This document shows, one piece after another, positions 29,163 through 42,147 of a stretch of 64,000 nt of DNA. Numbering within the stretch: the first letter of the stretch is position 1; every line of letters begins with the position of its first letter. The notes beneath the pieces were generated by a model. The model saw nothing but the letters and a program-made list of their open reading frames with translations, made no database searches and had not been told where the DNA came from. Location of the stretch: the NCBI RefSeq assembly GCF_009914755.1, contig NC_060938.1; one strand, given 5' to 3'. The stretch is from the human T2T-CHM13v2.0 reference genome, Homo sapiens. The translations under genes were made by a program, and so were the position numbers.

Positions 29163-29460
<298 letters not shown>

Positions 29461-30627
29461 TTAAAGACAACATTATTTCTAAAGTCATTACTCTCTGGTG
29501 GGACATTTGATAATATTTTATTTTCTTTCTATTCTGTTTGAAGAACTAAGACTTAATCATTTTAAGATCACTCAATTACCTGACAATACTATTTATGTAT
29601 AATGGATGCTCAACACATTTTTGATTAATGATTATTTATGAAATAAATAAATAAAACAAAGCACACCTAACGGACAATGAAAAGAAAAACATATGATGAT
29701 AGTTGCTTTGAGTTTCTGTGTTGTTTTTCCTAACATTGCCATTTTGTTGTCCGTGTAGAATTTATTTTAAGACTATTTTGGTATTAACAGTGTGATACAT
29801 GTTTGTGTATACAAGTTAACTCGAATTTATATCCTAGTGTAAGTTTCCATATAGCACCCTATTCAGGAATACACACTTCACAAGTGGCTAAGCAGCATAT
29901 CATTGGAAGCACCCCAATTAGAAATCAACACCTTTAGAGGTGGTAACTTAGCACTCTGATATGGAAATTTACACAAGCTAGGTTGTTTATTAGTAGCATA
30001 ATGGGTGTTAGAATTAATTTTTCCATTGGAGAAATAAAAGTGTTAAGGGTAGTTACTTAGTAAGTTTCTATGCAAATCCCCCAAGGCAATTGCATGAATG
30101 AATTATAAAATTTAGAAAACTTGATAGTAGATTAACATCAGTGCAGTTTTGGGAATCCTGTGACCCTCTGCTTTACTGGCCCTTGCTGTAAACTGGTATG
30201 GTCTGCCCCCTGAGAGCCTCACATGAGCCTGCTATTGGGAAGATCTTAACTACTGAACACATGACTTACTCTCCTTTGTTTCCATTTGCTGGCAAGTACT
30301 TGTATGGTACATGGAAGAATTTAGTTTTAGACTTGCTTTGATTTAACATACTAACCAGAAGCAAAGTTGTAAGAGAGGTGGATGTTTGTGTTTATTTATC
30401 TGTATTGAGAGACTCAAATATATATTTTTAAAAATACTTCAGTGTGCTACAACATAATTTTTTTAAAGGTAAAAATGATTCACAGATTTAAAACACATAC
30501 ATGTTAGATTTTCTTTATCTCACTAATTAATGAGAGATCAGGAAAATGTTTTAACTGTTTCAGAAAATATCCAAAAAACAAACACATTTATAGACACAGA
30601 CTATTGAAAATAATGTGCAAATGGACA

Positions 30628-31551
<924 letters not shown>

Positions 31552-33644
31552 TTAGAATCAAAACTAGCTTTACCATGGAGGGAGAAAAGGTTGTCCTTCT
31601 ACCAAACAGAATTCATTTTTATGTCTATACACAATAATTATTTTGCATTGCTATCAGTTATCTACAATGTACACAGTTCAGAATCAGACGACACTGAAGA
31701 GTGTGTTACAGACAACGCGTAGTTTACTATTGAAGCTCAACTCTCTCCCATAGCTTTAATGAAATTGGTGAAATTGGTTTAGTTCTGTTCAGCTACATTT
31801 AATATCTCTTTCACTGGTGTGTGTGTGCACACATGAGAGTGTGTATCAGCCCATGCTTCTGTGTTCAGGATTAATAGAGAGCATCACTTTCATATAGGAG
31901 AGACAATAGCCCAGAGAAGTTCATGGCCCTATTCACATCAGAAAGTAACACATCATTCACAAAACAATGCTTATTCCACGTGACTAAACTTCTCTGGATC
32001 TATCACAGGCAAATGGGGAAATAGATGTCAGTACATTTCAAAATAAAAAGAAAACGATTCCATAATGACTAAATCTTTAACAACAGTGTGTAGACTCAAG
32101 CTTCAATAAGCTTGATTATCTCCTTTCTTGACTGAGACAACATATTCAGATAAACTGCTAGTAGGATCAGACCCAACTCCTTTCTTCTTACTGTATGAAC
32201 ACATAAATGGGGTTGGCTCGGTAGTGCAGGCCAGAGAAGGCAAACCTGGCTTCTCCTTGGGTATGGTGCTACAGCAGACCAGCTGAAATTCTTTAGCGCA
32301 ACAAATACTCCCCGGTAAGCTCATGTAAAATATTTTGGAATATAATGTCAATTCACAAAATTACAGATTTCCAACCTTATGATTTTCTTTTCTTTAAAAA
32401 GCATATCATTTTGGTAAGTACCAATTATATCGCTAACCTTCTCTTTCTCCAGGCAGGACAGCTCCTTTTTCTAAGCTGTCTTTTTTCAAACAACTTTCAA
32501 TTTGTTATTTAAATTAATAGCAAACTGGGAGGTTCTTTCCCTACTAGGAGCTTTGATTATATATTTTAAGGTATGTATTCTCATAGGCCTCAATGGAAAA
32601 TATTAAATACATAAAACATTAACTATATTTATATCTAAAATGTAATGTGTGTTTATGTGTATATGTATGTGTGTGTACGTATGTATGTATATGCATGTGC
32701 TTGTCAGTGTTTGAGGGAGATAGATGGAGGCTGTAATTTCTAAAACAGTAGAGAATGCTTCAAGCAATAGAGGAACAATGGCCTTCCTTGCTAATGTGTA
32801 AGGAAAATTCCCCGTGTTTTTAGAGTGTCTAATCATCCTTAAAGCAGAGAGTGAATCTGTGTGAAACTCTTTGTCATTTAGAAATATAACAAATTATTTT
32901 TCCCTTTTCAAAGGGAGATCTGGGCTTTTGGAAAGATAGATTGATAGTCATTGTTAAAAGTGGGGTATATTTCCAAATAGGGAAAAAAATGCTGTTTGTA
33001 AAGAATAAGAGATTGGTCTCATGTATGTACTAATATAATATATGTCCATAGAAAAAAGATCTGAACACATATATTTTGTGGAGTTAATAGTTTTTCTGGG
33101 TCTGTTGGGATTATAGATGGTAGTAATTTTCTTCCTTTTGCTCAATAATAATGACTTCTAAATGTTCTGTGATGAACATCTTTTATTTTTTAATAAGAAA
33201 ATGAACAAAAAATATTTTTAAGTCTTAACAAAGTGCAAGGAGGATAATTGAATATGTGTTATACCACCTCCCACGGTGGCAAATGTTTTTAGCTTTAGAA
33301 AGAAAACAATGAAGTGTGTGCAGTTGGGTTATATCTGCTATTTCATCTAGTTGTTCTAAAATTAAACTCCTACTTTGCTCTGTTGTCTGTCAGTAAAATC
33401 TCTCAAAAAAGTAAAAAAAAGTCAGGAGAATATGTACTTTATGACATTAGAAAGTTACTGCTATCTTTCTGCTACTCTGGAGGAAAAATAACACCAATCA
33501 GGCTAAAATCAAAAGGGTAAACCAACAAAGCAGATTTATTTGAAGAATCATTTGGGCAACTTCTTGTATAGAGCAATCAGTTGATATGGGGGCAGTGCAG
33601 AGGGGTAGGGTGAGGGATTATGGTGGTATGGATTAGCTTAGTGC

Positions 33645-33860
33645 AGGATTTCTCAGCTTTGGCTCTGTTAATATTTGGACCAGATAATTCCTTGTTGTGA
33701 GGGCTGTCCTGTGCATATATGATGGTTAACATCATCTCTGACCTCTACCTGTTGGATGCCAGTAGTAACTCTTTCCACTTCAAGTTGTGACCACCAAAAA
33801 TGTGCTTGAATGTTTTCAAACATTCCTAGAAACAACATCACCCCTGATGAGAACCACTAC
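33645..33860. mobile_element. MER20 hAT MITE
   Basis: tttggaccagataattccttgttgtgagggctgtcctgtgcat...gagaaccact. Confidence 0.85.
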
Positions 33861-33919
33861 CTTAACACTTGCCTGCAATTTCTACACGTGGAATTTTAAT
33901 GTTATGATTATTTTTTAAT

Positions 33920-34395
33920 GCATGTGACAGATAAAATGACTCAAAATGATAGACTATTTCTACTTATGTAACAGATGCTTGGAGCTGAGCCTCTCACATC
34001 TCGCATGGTGATTCTGTGGTTATGAGGGACCCTGAGTTCAAATTTCTGCTCTTCTATTTCCCATTCTCGGCTTCCTTTCTGAAAATCACCTCATTGCTCA
34101 AATTACTGCTGGCCATCCAATCATCAGAACCATTTTCAAGGTAGGCATCCAGAAGAAGGGCAAAGGCATCTGAGAAGGCTGTATTTGCTTCCCTCTTAAG
34201 AGAACTTCTGGGAGTTCTGTATTTTATTCTTTCATCTCTTTGCCAGAGCTTAGCCACACAGCCCTGCTTAGCTGCGTGGAAGAAGGATAAATATAGTCTT
34301 GTAGCTGAGCACATTTTCTCTCCAAATCTCCACATGGGGTTCAATTGGAAAAGACAAGGAGCAAATAAATACTTCAATTATAGTCTTTTAACAAC
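33920..34395 (-). mobile_element. Old MaLR LTR (MLT1J-like)
   Basis: gccagagcttagccacacagccctgcttagctgc...aaatatagtctt. Confidence 0.55.
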
Positions 34396-35125
34396 ATGCT
34401 ACATTAACATTAGAAAAGTACTTTTTCTAGAAAAAACTTTGATTCCAAATAAAATATTTTAAAATCACTATAGAATATCTGCTGCAAAATAGGTTTTTAA
34501 ATAGTGACAATAGCCTATAATTGAATTATCTGCTTAACAGAAGAGACTCAAAAATAGCAGTTTCATCTCATAATATTTAAACTGTTCTAAAGTATCTATA
34601 TCTCTGCCTGGATAAAAGCAACATGGTGAATAGCATTAGGTCTTTCTTCATTTGACATCCTTATGAAGGGCTTAATTCTTAGCCTGTGTTTTCCTGAGAA
34701 CAGTGCCTGAGACAAAGGCTTCCATGCAGGTTGTTCATTCAGAGAGTTATCTTAAAGAATGGGAGTTGGGAAGGAGAGAAGACAGGGAAGGAGGTGCCAG
34801 GCAATGGGGTGCCATGAATGTGTGTCAAGTGCTTGGCAGTTTCCCACTCCCTGGAGTCAAAGAAGTCACCAGTCAAAAAGTGGGGGCTACTTCCAGATTG
34901 CCTGTGGGAAGCTGGTCCTTGTGCAGTGGCTGGAGCATCAGTTGAGACACATAGAACCAAGGCAGAACACAACTGGAACAGGAAACATTTACTCTTCTGA
35001 TCAGAAATATCATTGTTTAGGAGAAGAGATGAAGGAGTTTGGTGTTAGAACATACCTTGTTTGTCACTGTCCTGGAACATAGTTATAGGATACAGAATGT
35101 TAATTTTGAAATAGTATATGGGAGA

Positions 35126-35245
35126 TGTAAGTACTTACACATATGCACATATACACATGTATATACATATGCACACACATGTTCACACACGTGTGTGCAG
35201 ATATACATGCACATACACACAAAATGTATACCCATATACATGTTT
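35126..35245. repeat. Alternating purine-pyrimidine (CA/TA) low-complexity repeat
   Basis: Read directly from the sequence. Confidence 0.85.
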
Positions 35246-35259
35246 ATGTTATTTTCCAT

Positions 35260-35939
35260 TGTGAAAGGAAAATAAATATCAGAACCCCAAATTCACTAAG
35301 CCAAAGGGAAAGAGTCAAGCTGGGAACTGGGTCACACAAACCTGCCTCTCATTGTGTTCTTAAATAAGATAGCAACAAAGATGAAAAAGCTCCATCCCTC
35401 CCTCACAATTTACTCAAAAGGACATATCTTCTGGGCCCCAAGGTCTTTACCCTAAAATAGGTCTGTGGAATTTCATTCTGACAATGTAAATTGATAGCTT
35501 ATCTTCACAGGTACAGGACAAAAGACAGAACTCAATGTCATCTCTCTGCTCACCTGAGACAAATGTATATCTGATGTTTCCTCTGTCCTATGTTTACTTT
35601 ATCTTATGTAAAATTTCAGATTCATAGAGCTAGGTGAATGCATAAGTGACATTCCTCTACCCCCCCCCACCCCACATGTGAATGGCTGATCAAAGACTCA
35701 AAAGAATGCAACCACTTGTGTCTTATCTACTCACACCCTTTTAAAAAAAAGTCTTCCTCTTTCTCCAATACCTGCCATTTTCCTTTTAAATATTGAGGTC
35801 TCCAGACCCTCTTCAGAAACAGCATGAACCACCTAGTTTTCTGTGGATCTCTGTTCTTTCCCAGATACATCCTTAACCTTGGCAAATAAATCTCCTAAAG
35901 TGATTGAGACTTGCCTTGGTGCTTTTTCTTTGACTTACA
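35260..35939 (+). mobile_element. ERV1 solo LTR (MER4 group)
   Basis: tgtgaaaggaaaataaat...ggcaaataaatctcctaa...ttaca with 4 bp TSD ccat. Confidence 0.85.
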
Positions 35940-36059
35940 CCATTTTAATAATAAATAGTCTAATATACTATGCATTATTTTCAAAGTCTATAAGCCAAGA
36001 GAGTAGACGCCATTACACACACATGCTTGTACCTTGTGAGTTTCTGCATATGCTTCAGT

Positions 36060-36400
36060 TGATATACTACACTACTTTGTTCCATTTAGATTATCTTTGG
36101 GCATTACTTAATCTCACGAACGTATTTGATTCATACTGGATGAGAAGTGTTGTTGGCTATACAGTGCTAAGTTGGCATAAAAGTTTAAAATAAAGCATTC
36201 AACGTTTGATGTTGAAATTTTTATGTTGATTGGAGAGATACCAGCATCTTGAATGAAGTAGCGGTAGAAATAAACAGTAAAGTCCAACCATCCTTTAACA
36301 TTTTGAAGAGCATACTTCTCATCAATGAACCCTGGAAGAAAGTTACTAATAATTGTCTGTATAGCAGCCAGAAGAAATTGTTGGAAACATAACCAGCTTC
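36060..36400 (+). mobile_element. Possible ancient pogo/Tigger-type transposase remnant
   Basis: The frame from 36249 includes FNILKSILLINEPWKKVTNNCLYSSQKKLL, echoing Tigger FTILDAIKNIRDSWEEV...WKKLI. Confidence 0.4.
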
Positions 36401-36428
36401 TGGATATTTGAAAAAAACCTGCCAATTA

Positions 36429-38212
36429 TAGTTGTGAATTTTATCATGATGTTTTGGTTGATAAAGGACCACATATATGGTGGCGGTTCCATAAGTTATA
36501 ATGAAGCTAAAATAACTCCTATCTTCTTGTGATGTAGCTTTCATAAAGTGGTTGCACAATACAGTACTCATGTTTTTGATGATGCTGCTGTAAGCAAAGC
36601 TACTGTGCTGCCATTCATAAAAGTAAAGCACATTCAGTTATGTACAATATGTAATGATAATAAATGACTTACTGGTTTATTTACCATACTATACTTTTTA
36701 TCCTTATTTTAGAGTGTAATCCTTCTACTTGTTAAGAAAAAAGTTAATTTAAAGAGCCTCAGGCAGGACCTTCAAGGGGTGTTCCAGAAGGAGGCATTGT
36801 TATCATGGGAGATGACAGCTCCATGTGTGTTATTGTCCCTGAAGACCTTCTAGTGCCGCAAGATGTGGAGGTGAAAGACAGAGATACCAATGATTGTGGC
36901 CTTGTGTAGGCCTAGGCTAATGTTTGTGTCTTATTTTTTAACAAAAATGTTTAAATAGTAAAAAGATTTAAAAATTTTAAAAATAGAAGAAAGCTTATAG
37001 AATAAGAATATAAAGGTGTCTTTGTACAGCTGTACAATGTGTTTTAAGCTAAGTGTTACTACAAGAGTCAAAATGTTAACATGGTTATAAAGTTACAGAA
37101 ATCTAAGGTTAGTTTATTGAAGAAAAAAATTTTAAATAAATATAGTGTAGACGAAGTTCACAGTGTTTATAAGGCCTACAAAAGTGTACAGTTATATCCT
37201 AGGTCTTCACATTGACTCACTACTCACTCACTGACTCACCCAGAGCAACTTCCAGTCCTATAACCCTCATTCGTGGTGTCGATAAAAAGAGTCAAACTCT
37301 GTAAAATATTTAAAGAGATTTATTCCGAGTCAAATATGAGTGTCAATGGCCTGTGACACAGCCCCAGGAAATCCTGAGAACATGTTCCCAAGCTGGTTGG
37401 GCTACAGTTTAGTTTTATACATTCTAGGGAGACATAGGACATCAATCAGTACATGTAAGATGTACGTTGGTTTGGTCTGGAAAGGCAGGACAACTCAAAG
37501 TGGGGGCTTCCAGGTTATAGGTGGATTCAATAATTTTCTAATTGGCAATTGGTCAAAAGAGTTAAGTTATTGTCTGAAGACCTAGAATCAATAGAAGGGA
37601 ATAACTGGATTAAGATAAGGGGCTGTGCAGACCAAGGTGCCCATTACGCAGATAGTATCAATAGAAGGGGATGTCTCTTATCTGTCTTAAAGAGTCTTTT
37701 CTATTGGTCTTAAGGTCTCTATTTTAATGTTAATACTGGTCAGCTCTGCCTGGATTCCAAAGGGAGGAGTATATAATGAGGCATGTCTGACTCCTACTTC
37801 CCATCATGGCCTGAACTAGTTTTTCAGATTAACTTTGGAATGCCCTTGGCCAAGGGAAGAGTCCATCAATCTGTTGTGGGGCTTAAAATTTATTTTTGGT
37901 TTTCAATGGTAAGGGCCCTTATATAGGTGTACCATTTTAAAATCTTTTATACTGTATTTTACTGTACCTTTTCTATGTTTAGATACACAAATACCTATCA
38001 TTGTGTTACAATTGCCTGTAATATTCAGTATAGTAACATGCTGTATAAATTTGCAGTCTAGGAGCAATAGCCTATGGCATATAGCCTAGGTGTGTAGTAG
38101 GCTACACCACCTAAGTTTGTGTAAGTATACCCTATGATGTTCCCACAAAGACAAAATCACATAAGAATGTATTTCTCACAATGAACCTTCATCATTAAAT
38201 GAGGTATGACTG
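36429..38212 (+). mobile_element. Tigger3b (Golem)-like DNA transposon, split by an LTR
   Basis: ggaccacatatatggtggcggttccataag start, ...gtatgactg|TA end. Confidence 0.85.
37277..37905 (-). mobile_element. ERV1 solo LTR (MER4D/E-like)
   Basis: tgtcgataaaaagagtcaaactctg...ttttggttttca with near-TSD (g/a)tgg. Confidence 0.85.
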
Positions 38213-39509
38213 TATATATTATTAGGAATGTAGTGGTATAGGGACTGTGCCTTAACAACATTGTACAGAGGCGAATCATTTAAGCTCATAGATCCCTGGA
38301 GCTAACTAGAATATAATTAAAATCTGTTCTGACCCTAAGGCTAGCACTGCAATTGGACATTTCGAAAAAATTTTGAGATGAGTCTTATCACTTGCATACA
38401 TTGTTTGAGATATAAATTTAGTCTAAATTTTAATTAACCAAGGTTTGAATAGTTTGAGTTCTTGTAACTAAAGACTGACTTCACTGCAATTAGAGTTAGT
38501 GTGGCTCAGCATTATTCTTATAGTTTAAGGGGAAAACTAAGATTGAAGCTATAACTTAATAGAACTTTTTGGGGTGAAAGTCCTTCAGCTTCTATTAGAT
38601 GCTCATGAATTTTACAGCACAAAAACACACAATTATTTGGATGCTTAGAAATGGTTGCTTAGTTTTTGGTGGAAGCTTCTGTCTTTTAAGAAATAAACAG
38701 TTTGATTTGAGCTAAAGGGAAGATCAGGCACAGAAACACAGCTGGGGTATCAATTCCAAGCGCATCAGTAAGTGAACAGAAGAGAGATTGCATTTGCTGG
38801 AATTCTCACAGCAAATAAATGAGGTAACAGGAGAGATTTGCTGAAAACAGTGGGCTGAAGAGAACCAGTAGCCAAGCACTTTGCTTTCAATTCAAGCATT
38901 GAGTATGTAAATCTGAAGATCTAGTTTCTGTTTACTGAGACACTACGAAGAAGTTTACCTATATTACACCAAAAATTGCCTTCCAGCTTCCTTAAGTTAC
39001 TTCATTAGCATTTGTGAGAAAAGACGAAGCAGCAGTAAATGTAAATCTAAAGCAGACTGTTGGAGTTTGGGAGGTGTGGGTGGTTAATTCTTTCAGCAGC
39101 AGCATCAGTGTTGTTGCCCTATATCACCCAGGCCTCAGACACAGAAGGCATAAACAATGCCTCTGTCTTCCTTGGTCTCTCAAGAGAAAGAATTTTGAAG
39201 TCTTTCACTTCTGTAATGATCAAACGCCTAAACCCTCAACAGTCTAATTTTTCTATGGATCAGGTAATTTATCCATGTACTGTGTGATGTAAGATGAAAA
39301 TATTGGAACTCAGCATCAAAATCTGAGAGGCCTCAGCAAATCTTTTCATAAACTTGAATTTATCTCCTTGAAGAAAATATAGAGATACAACTAGGGTCCT
39401 TGATTAGTTCCATCTCCCTGACCTCTGTGGTCATTTTCCCTCCCCATTCATGGGCTGGTGTTGGTCTTGTGACTTATCTGGTGGGATGTGAGCAAATGAG
39501 AGTTGATCC

Positions 39510-41072
39510 TGTTGATGAAAAGAGTAAAATTCTGTAAAATATTTGGAGATGTATTCTGAGCCAAATATAAGTGACCAATGGCCTATGACACAACCCCAGG
39601 AGATCCTGAGAACTTGTGCCAAAGTGGTTGGGCTATAGCGTGGTTTTACACATTTTAGGGAGACATAATGTTACCAGTGGTGAATCTGTACAGGTCCTCA
39701 GCAACCTCAGTTCTTGCCTCCTCAGAAGAAAGAATTCAACTGATGGGCATGAGTCAGAAGGAGAGACTGGGCAAGTTTTAGAGCAGGGGTGAACGTTTAT
39801 TAAAAACCTTTAGAATGAAAACAAAAGGAAGGAAACTACACTTGGAAGAGGGTGGCTTGAGAGATCAAGTGCATGTTTGACCTTTGACTTAGAGTATTAT
39901 AGGTTAGCATACTTCCAGAGTCATGCATTCCTTCTTTCCTATTCTTCCCTTGGTGTGGGCTGTCTGCATGTGCAGTGGCCTGCTAGCACTTGGGAGGTGA
40001 GCATGTGCCGTTTGTTTACTGGAGTTGTATGCATGCTTACTTGAGGCGTTCTTCCCTTACCAGTGAATGGCCTTAGAAGATCATATACCAGTTAAACTCC
40101 ACCATGTTGCCTGTTAGTGTGCATGCTTGAGCCCACTTGCCCAACTACTGAAATCTAATCAGGAAGCTTCTGATCACCAGTTTCAGGTTTTTTTCTATTT
40201 ATTGGGAAACTGCCTTTCCCTGGCACTGGCTGCAACCAATTATTATTTTAGACAGTTAACAACCACCTGACCATCACCTGATGGTCACCTGACATTCCTG
40301 GTGGGTGGTGAGAGGAGCCCTCTCCTGCCCTGCTTATGCCCGTCTAGCTACCAACTGTAATAATAAGACAACAATCAATACATGTAAGATGTATATTTGG
40401 TTGGGTCCAGAAAAGTGAGACAAACAGATGTGGGGGCTTCCAGGTCATAGGTGGATTCTAAGATTTTCTGATTGGCAATTGTTTGTAAAAGTTATTACCT
40501 AAAAACATGGAATCAATAGAAAGAAATGCCTGTGCTAAGATAAGGGGTTGTGGCTATGATAAGGTTTTATCATGCAGATGAAGTTGAAGACTCCAGGTAG
40601 CAGGCTTTAGAAGTCTTAACAGACAGATTGTTAGTTAATTCTCTCCTGGATCAGGAAAAAGTCCTGGAAAGGATAGGGGATCAATTCTTTACAGAACATA
40701 GATTTTTCCCCACAAGAAACAGCTTTGTAGGGCCATTTCAAAATATGTCATTAAGATATATTTTGGGGTAAAATACTTCGATTTCTTTCAGGATCTGCTA
40801 TCTGTTACATGATACTATACTAGAGTCAGGCTGGAATTTGGTGCCTTATTGCTGTAAAAGGTCTACCTCGTCAGTCTTAACATCTCTATATTAATGGTAA
40901 AGCTGCTCAGCTGTGCCTAAATTCCAGAGGAAGGAGGATATAGTAAGTCATGCTCGACCCCCACTTTCCATCAGGGCCTGAGCTAGTTTTTCAAGTTAAC
41001 TTTGGAATGCCCTTGGCTGAGGGAAAGGTCTATCATTCAGCTGGGGGCTTAGAATTGTATTTTTGGTTTACA
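39510..41072 (-). mobile_element. ERV1 solo LTR (MER4D-like), split by a MER50-like LTR and itself inside an old MLT1
   Basis: tgttgatgaaaagag...ttttggtttaca, homologous to 37277-37905. Confidence 0.85.
39669..40362 (-). mobile_element. ERV1 solo LTR (MER50-like)
   Basis: cctgaccatcacctgatggtcacctgacattcctggtg with 4 bp TSD ataa. Confidence 0.8.
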
Positions 41073-41448
41073 TTCTGAGTTCTGACATGCACTGCATGTT
41101 AGGGCTTTCGTCTTGTGCTCCTGCCTTTCTCCATGAAAAGATATGCTCCTTGGCTAAAGGCTAACTAAGACATGAGAGACTTGTGGAGTTGACTTGATCT
41201 GACCCTGTGTTCTAGAGTCAAGTTCAAACTAAGTCAACAGAACTCCAGCCAATACACAAAGGCAAGATCAACAATCAATGTTTGTATGGAAGCCATAGAT
41301 ATTCTTATATTCTTAAACGTATTTTAACTGATCACTTTAGCTGGATTGTATTCAGGGGTTTGTAATCACCCAATGAGTTCTCTGTGCCTGCTTCTCAGAG
41401 ACTTCTCAGAACTGTTTTTGCAAGATGGGAATTGCAATAGAGAAAGAA

Positions 41449-41840
41449 TTTAATTCATACGGAGCCACTGATACAGAAGATTAGTTTTATTATTATGTGA
41501 AATGGTCTCCCTGAAAATTTGGAGGCTGGAGTTTTTAAGGATAATTTGATGGGTAGGGGATTGGTAAGTGGGGAGTGCTGATTGGTCAGGTCAGAGATGA
41601 AGTCATAGGGGGTTGAAGTGGATTTTTCTTATTGTTGTTGGTTCTTTAATTCATACGGAGCCACTGATACAGAAGATTAGTTTTATTATTATGTGAAATG
41701 GTCTCCCTGAAAATTTGGAGGCTGGAGTTTTTAAGGATAATTTGATGGGTAGGGGATTGGTAAGTGGGGAGTGCTGATTGGTCAGGTCAGAGATGAAGTC
41801 ATAGGGGGTTGAAGTGGATTTTTCTTATTGTTGTTGGTTC
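41449..41840. repeat. Perfect 196 bp tandem duplication
   Basis: 41449-41644 and 41645-41840 are identical by eye. Confidence 0.95.
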
Positions 41841-42147
41841 CTGGGTGGGATCACAGAACTGGTTGAGCCAGATTACCCATCTTGGTGGTGCCAGCTGGTG
41901 CATCAGAATGTAGGGTCTCTGAAATATCTTGAACACTGAACTTAGTTTTTATGAGTAATGTTATCCCTAGGAGCAATTTGAGGATGTTCATAATCTTGTG
42001 GACTCCAGCTGCATGACTCCTAAACCGTAATATCTAATCTTGTGGCTAATTTATTGGTCTACAAAGGCAGACTGGTCCTCAAACAAGAAGGGGGTTTATT
42101 TCAGGAAAGGGCTGTTATTTTTGTTCAAAGTTAAACTATGAACTAAG

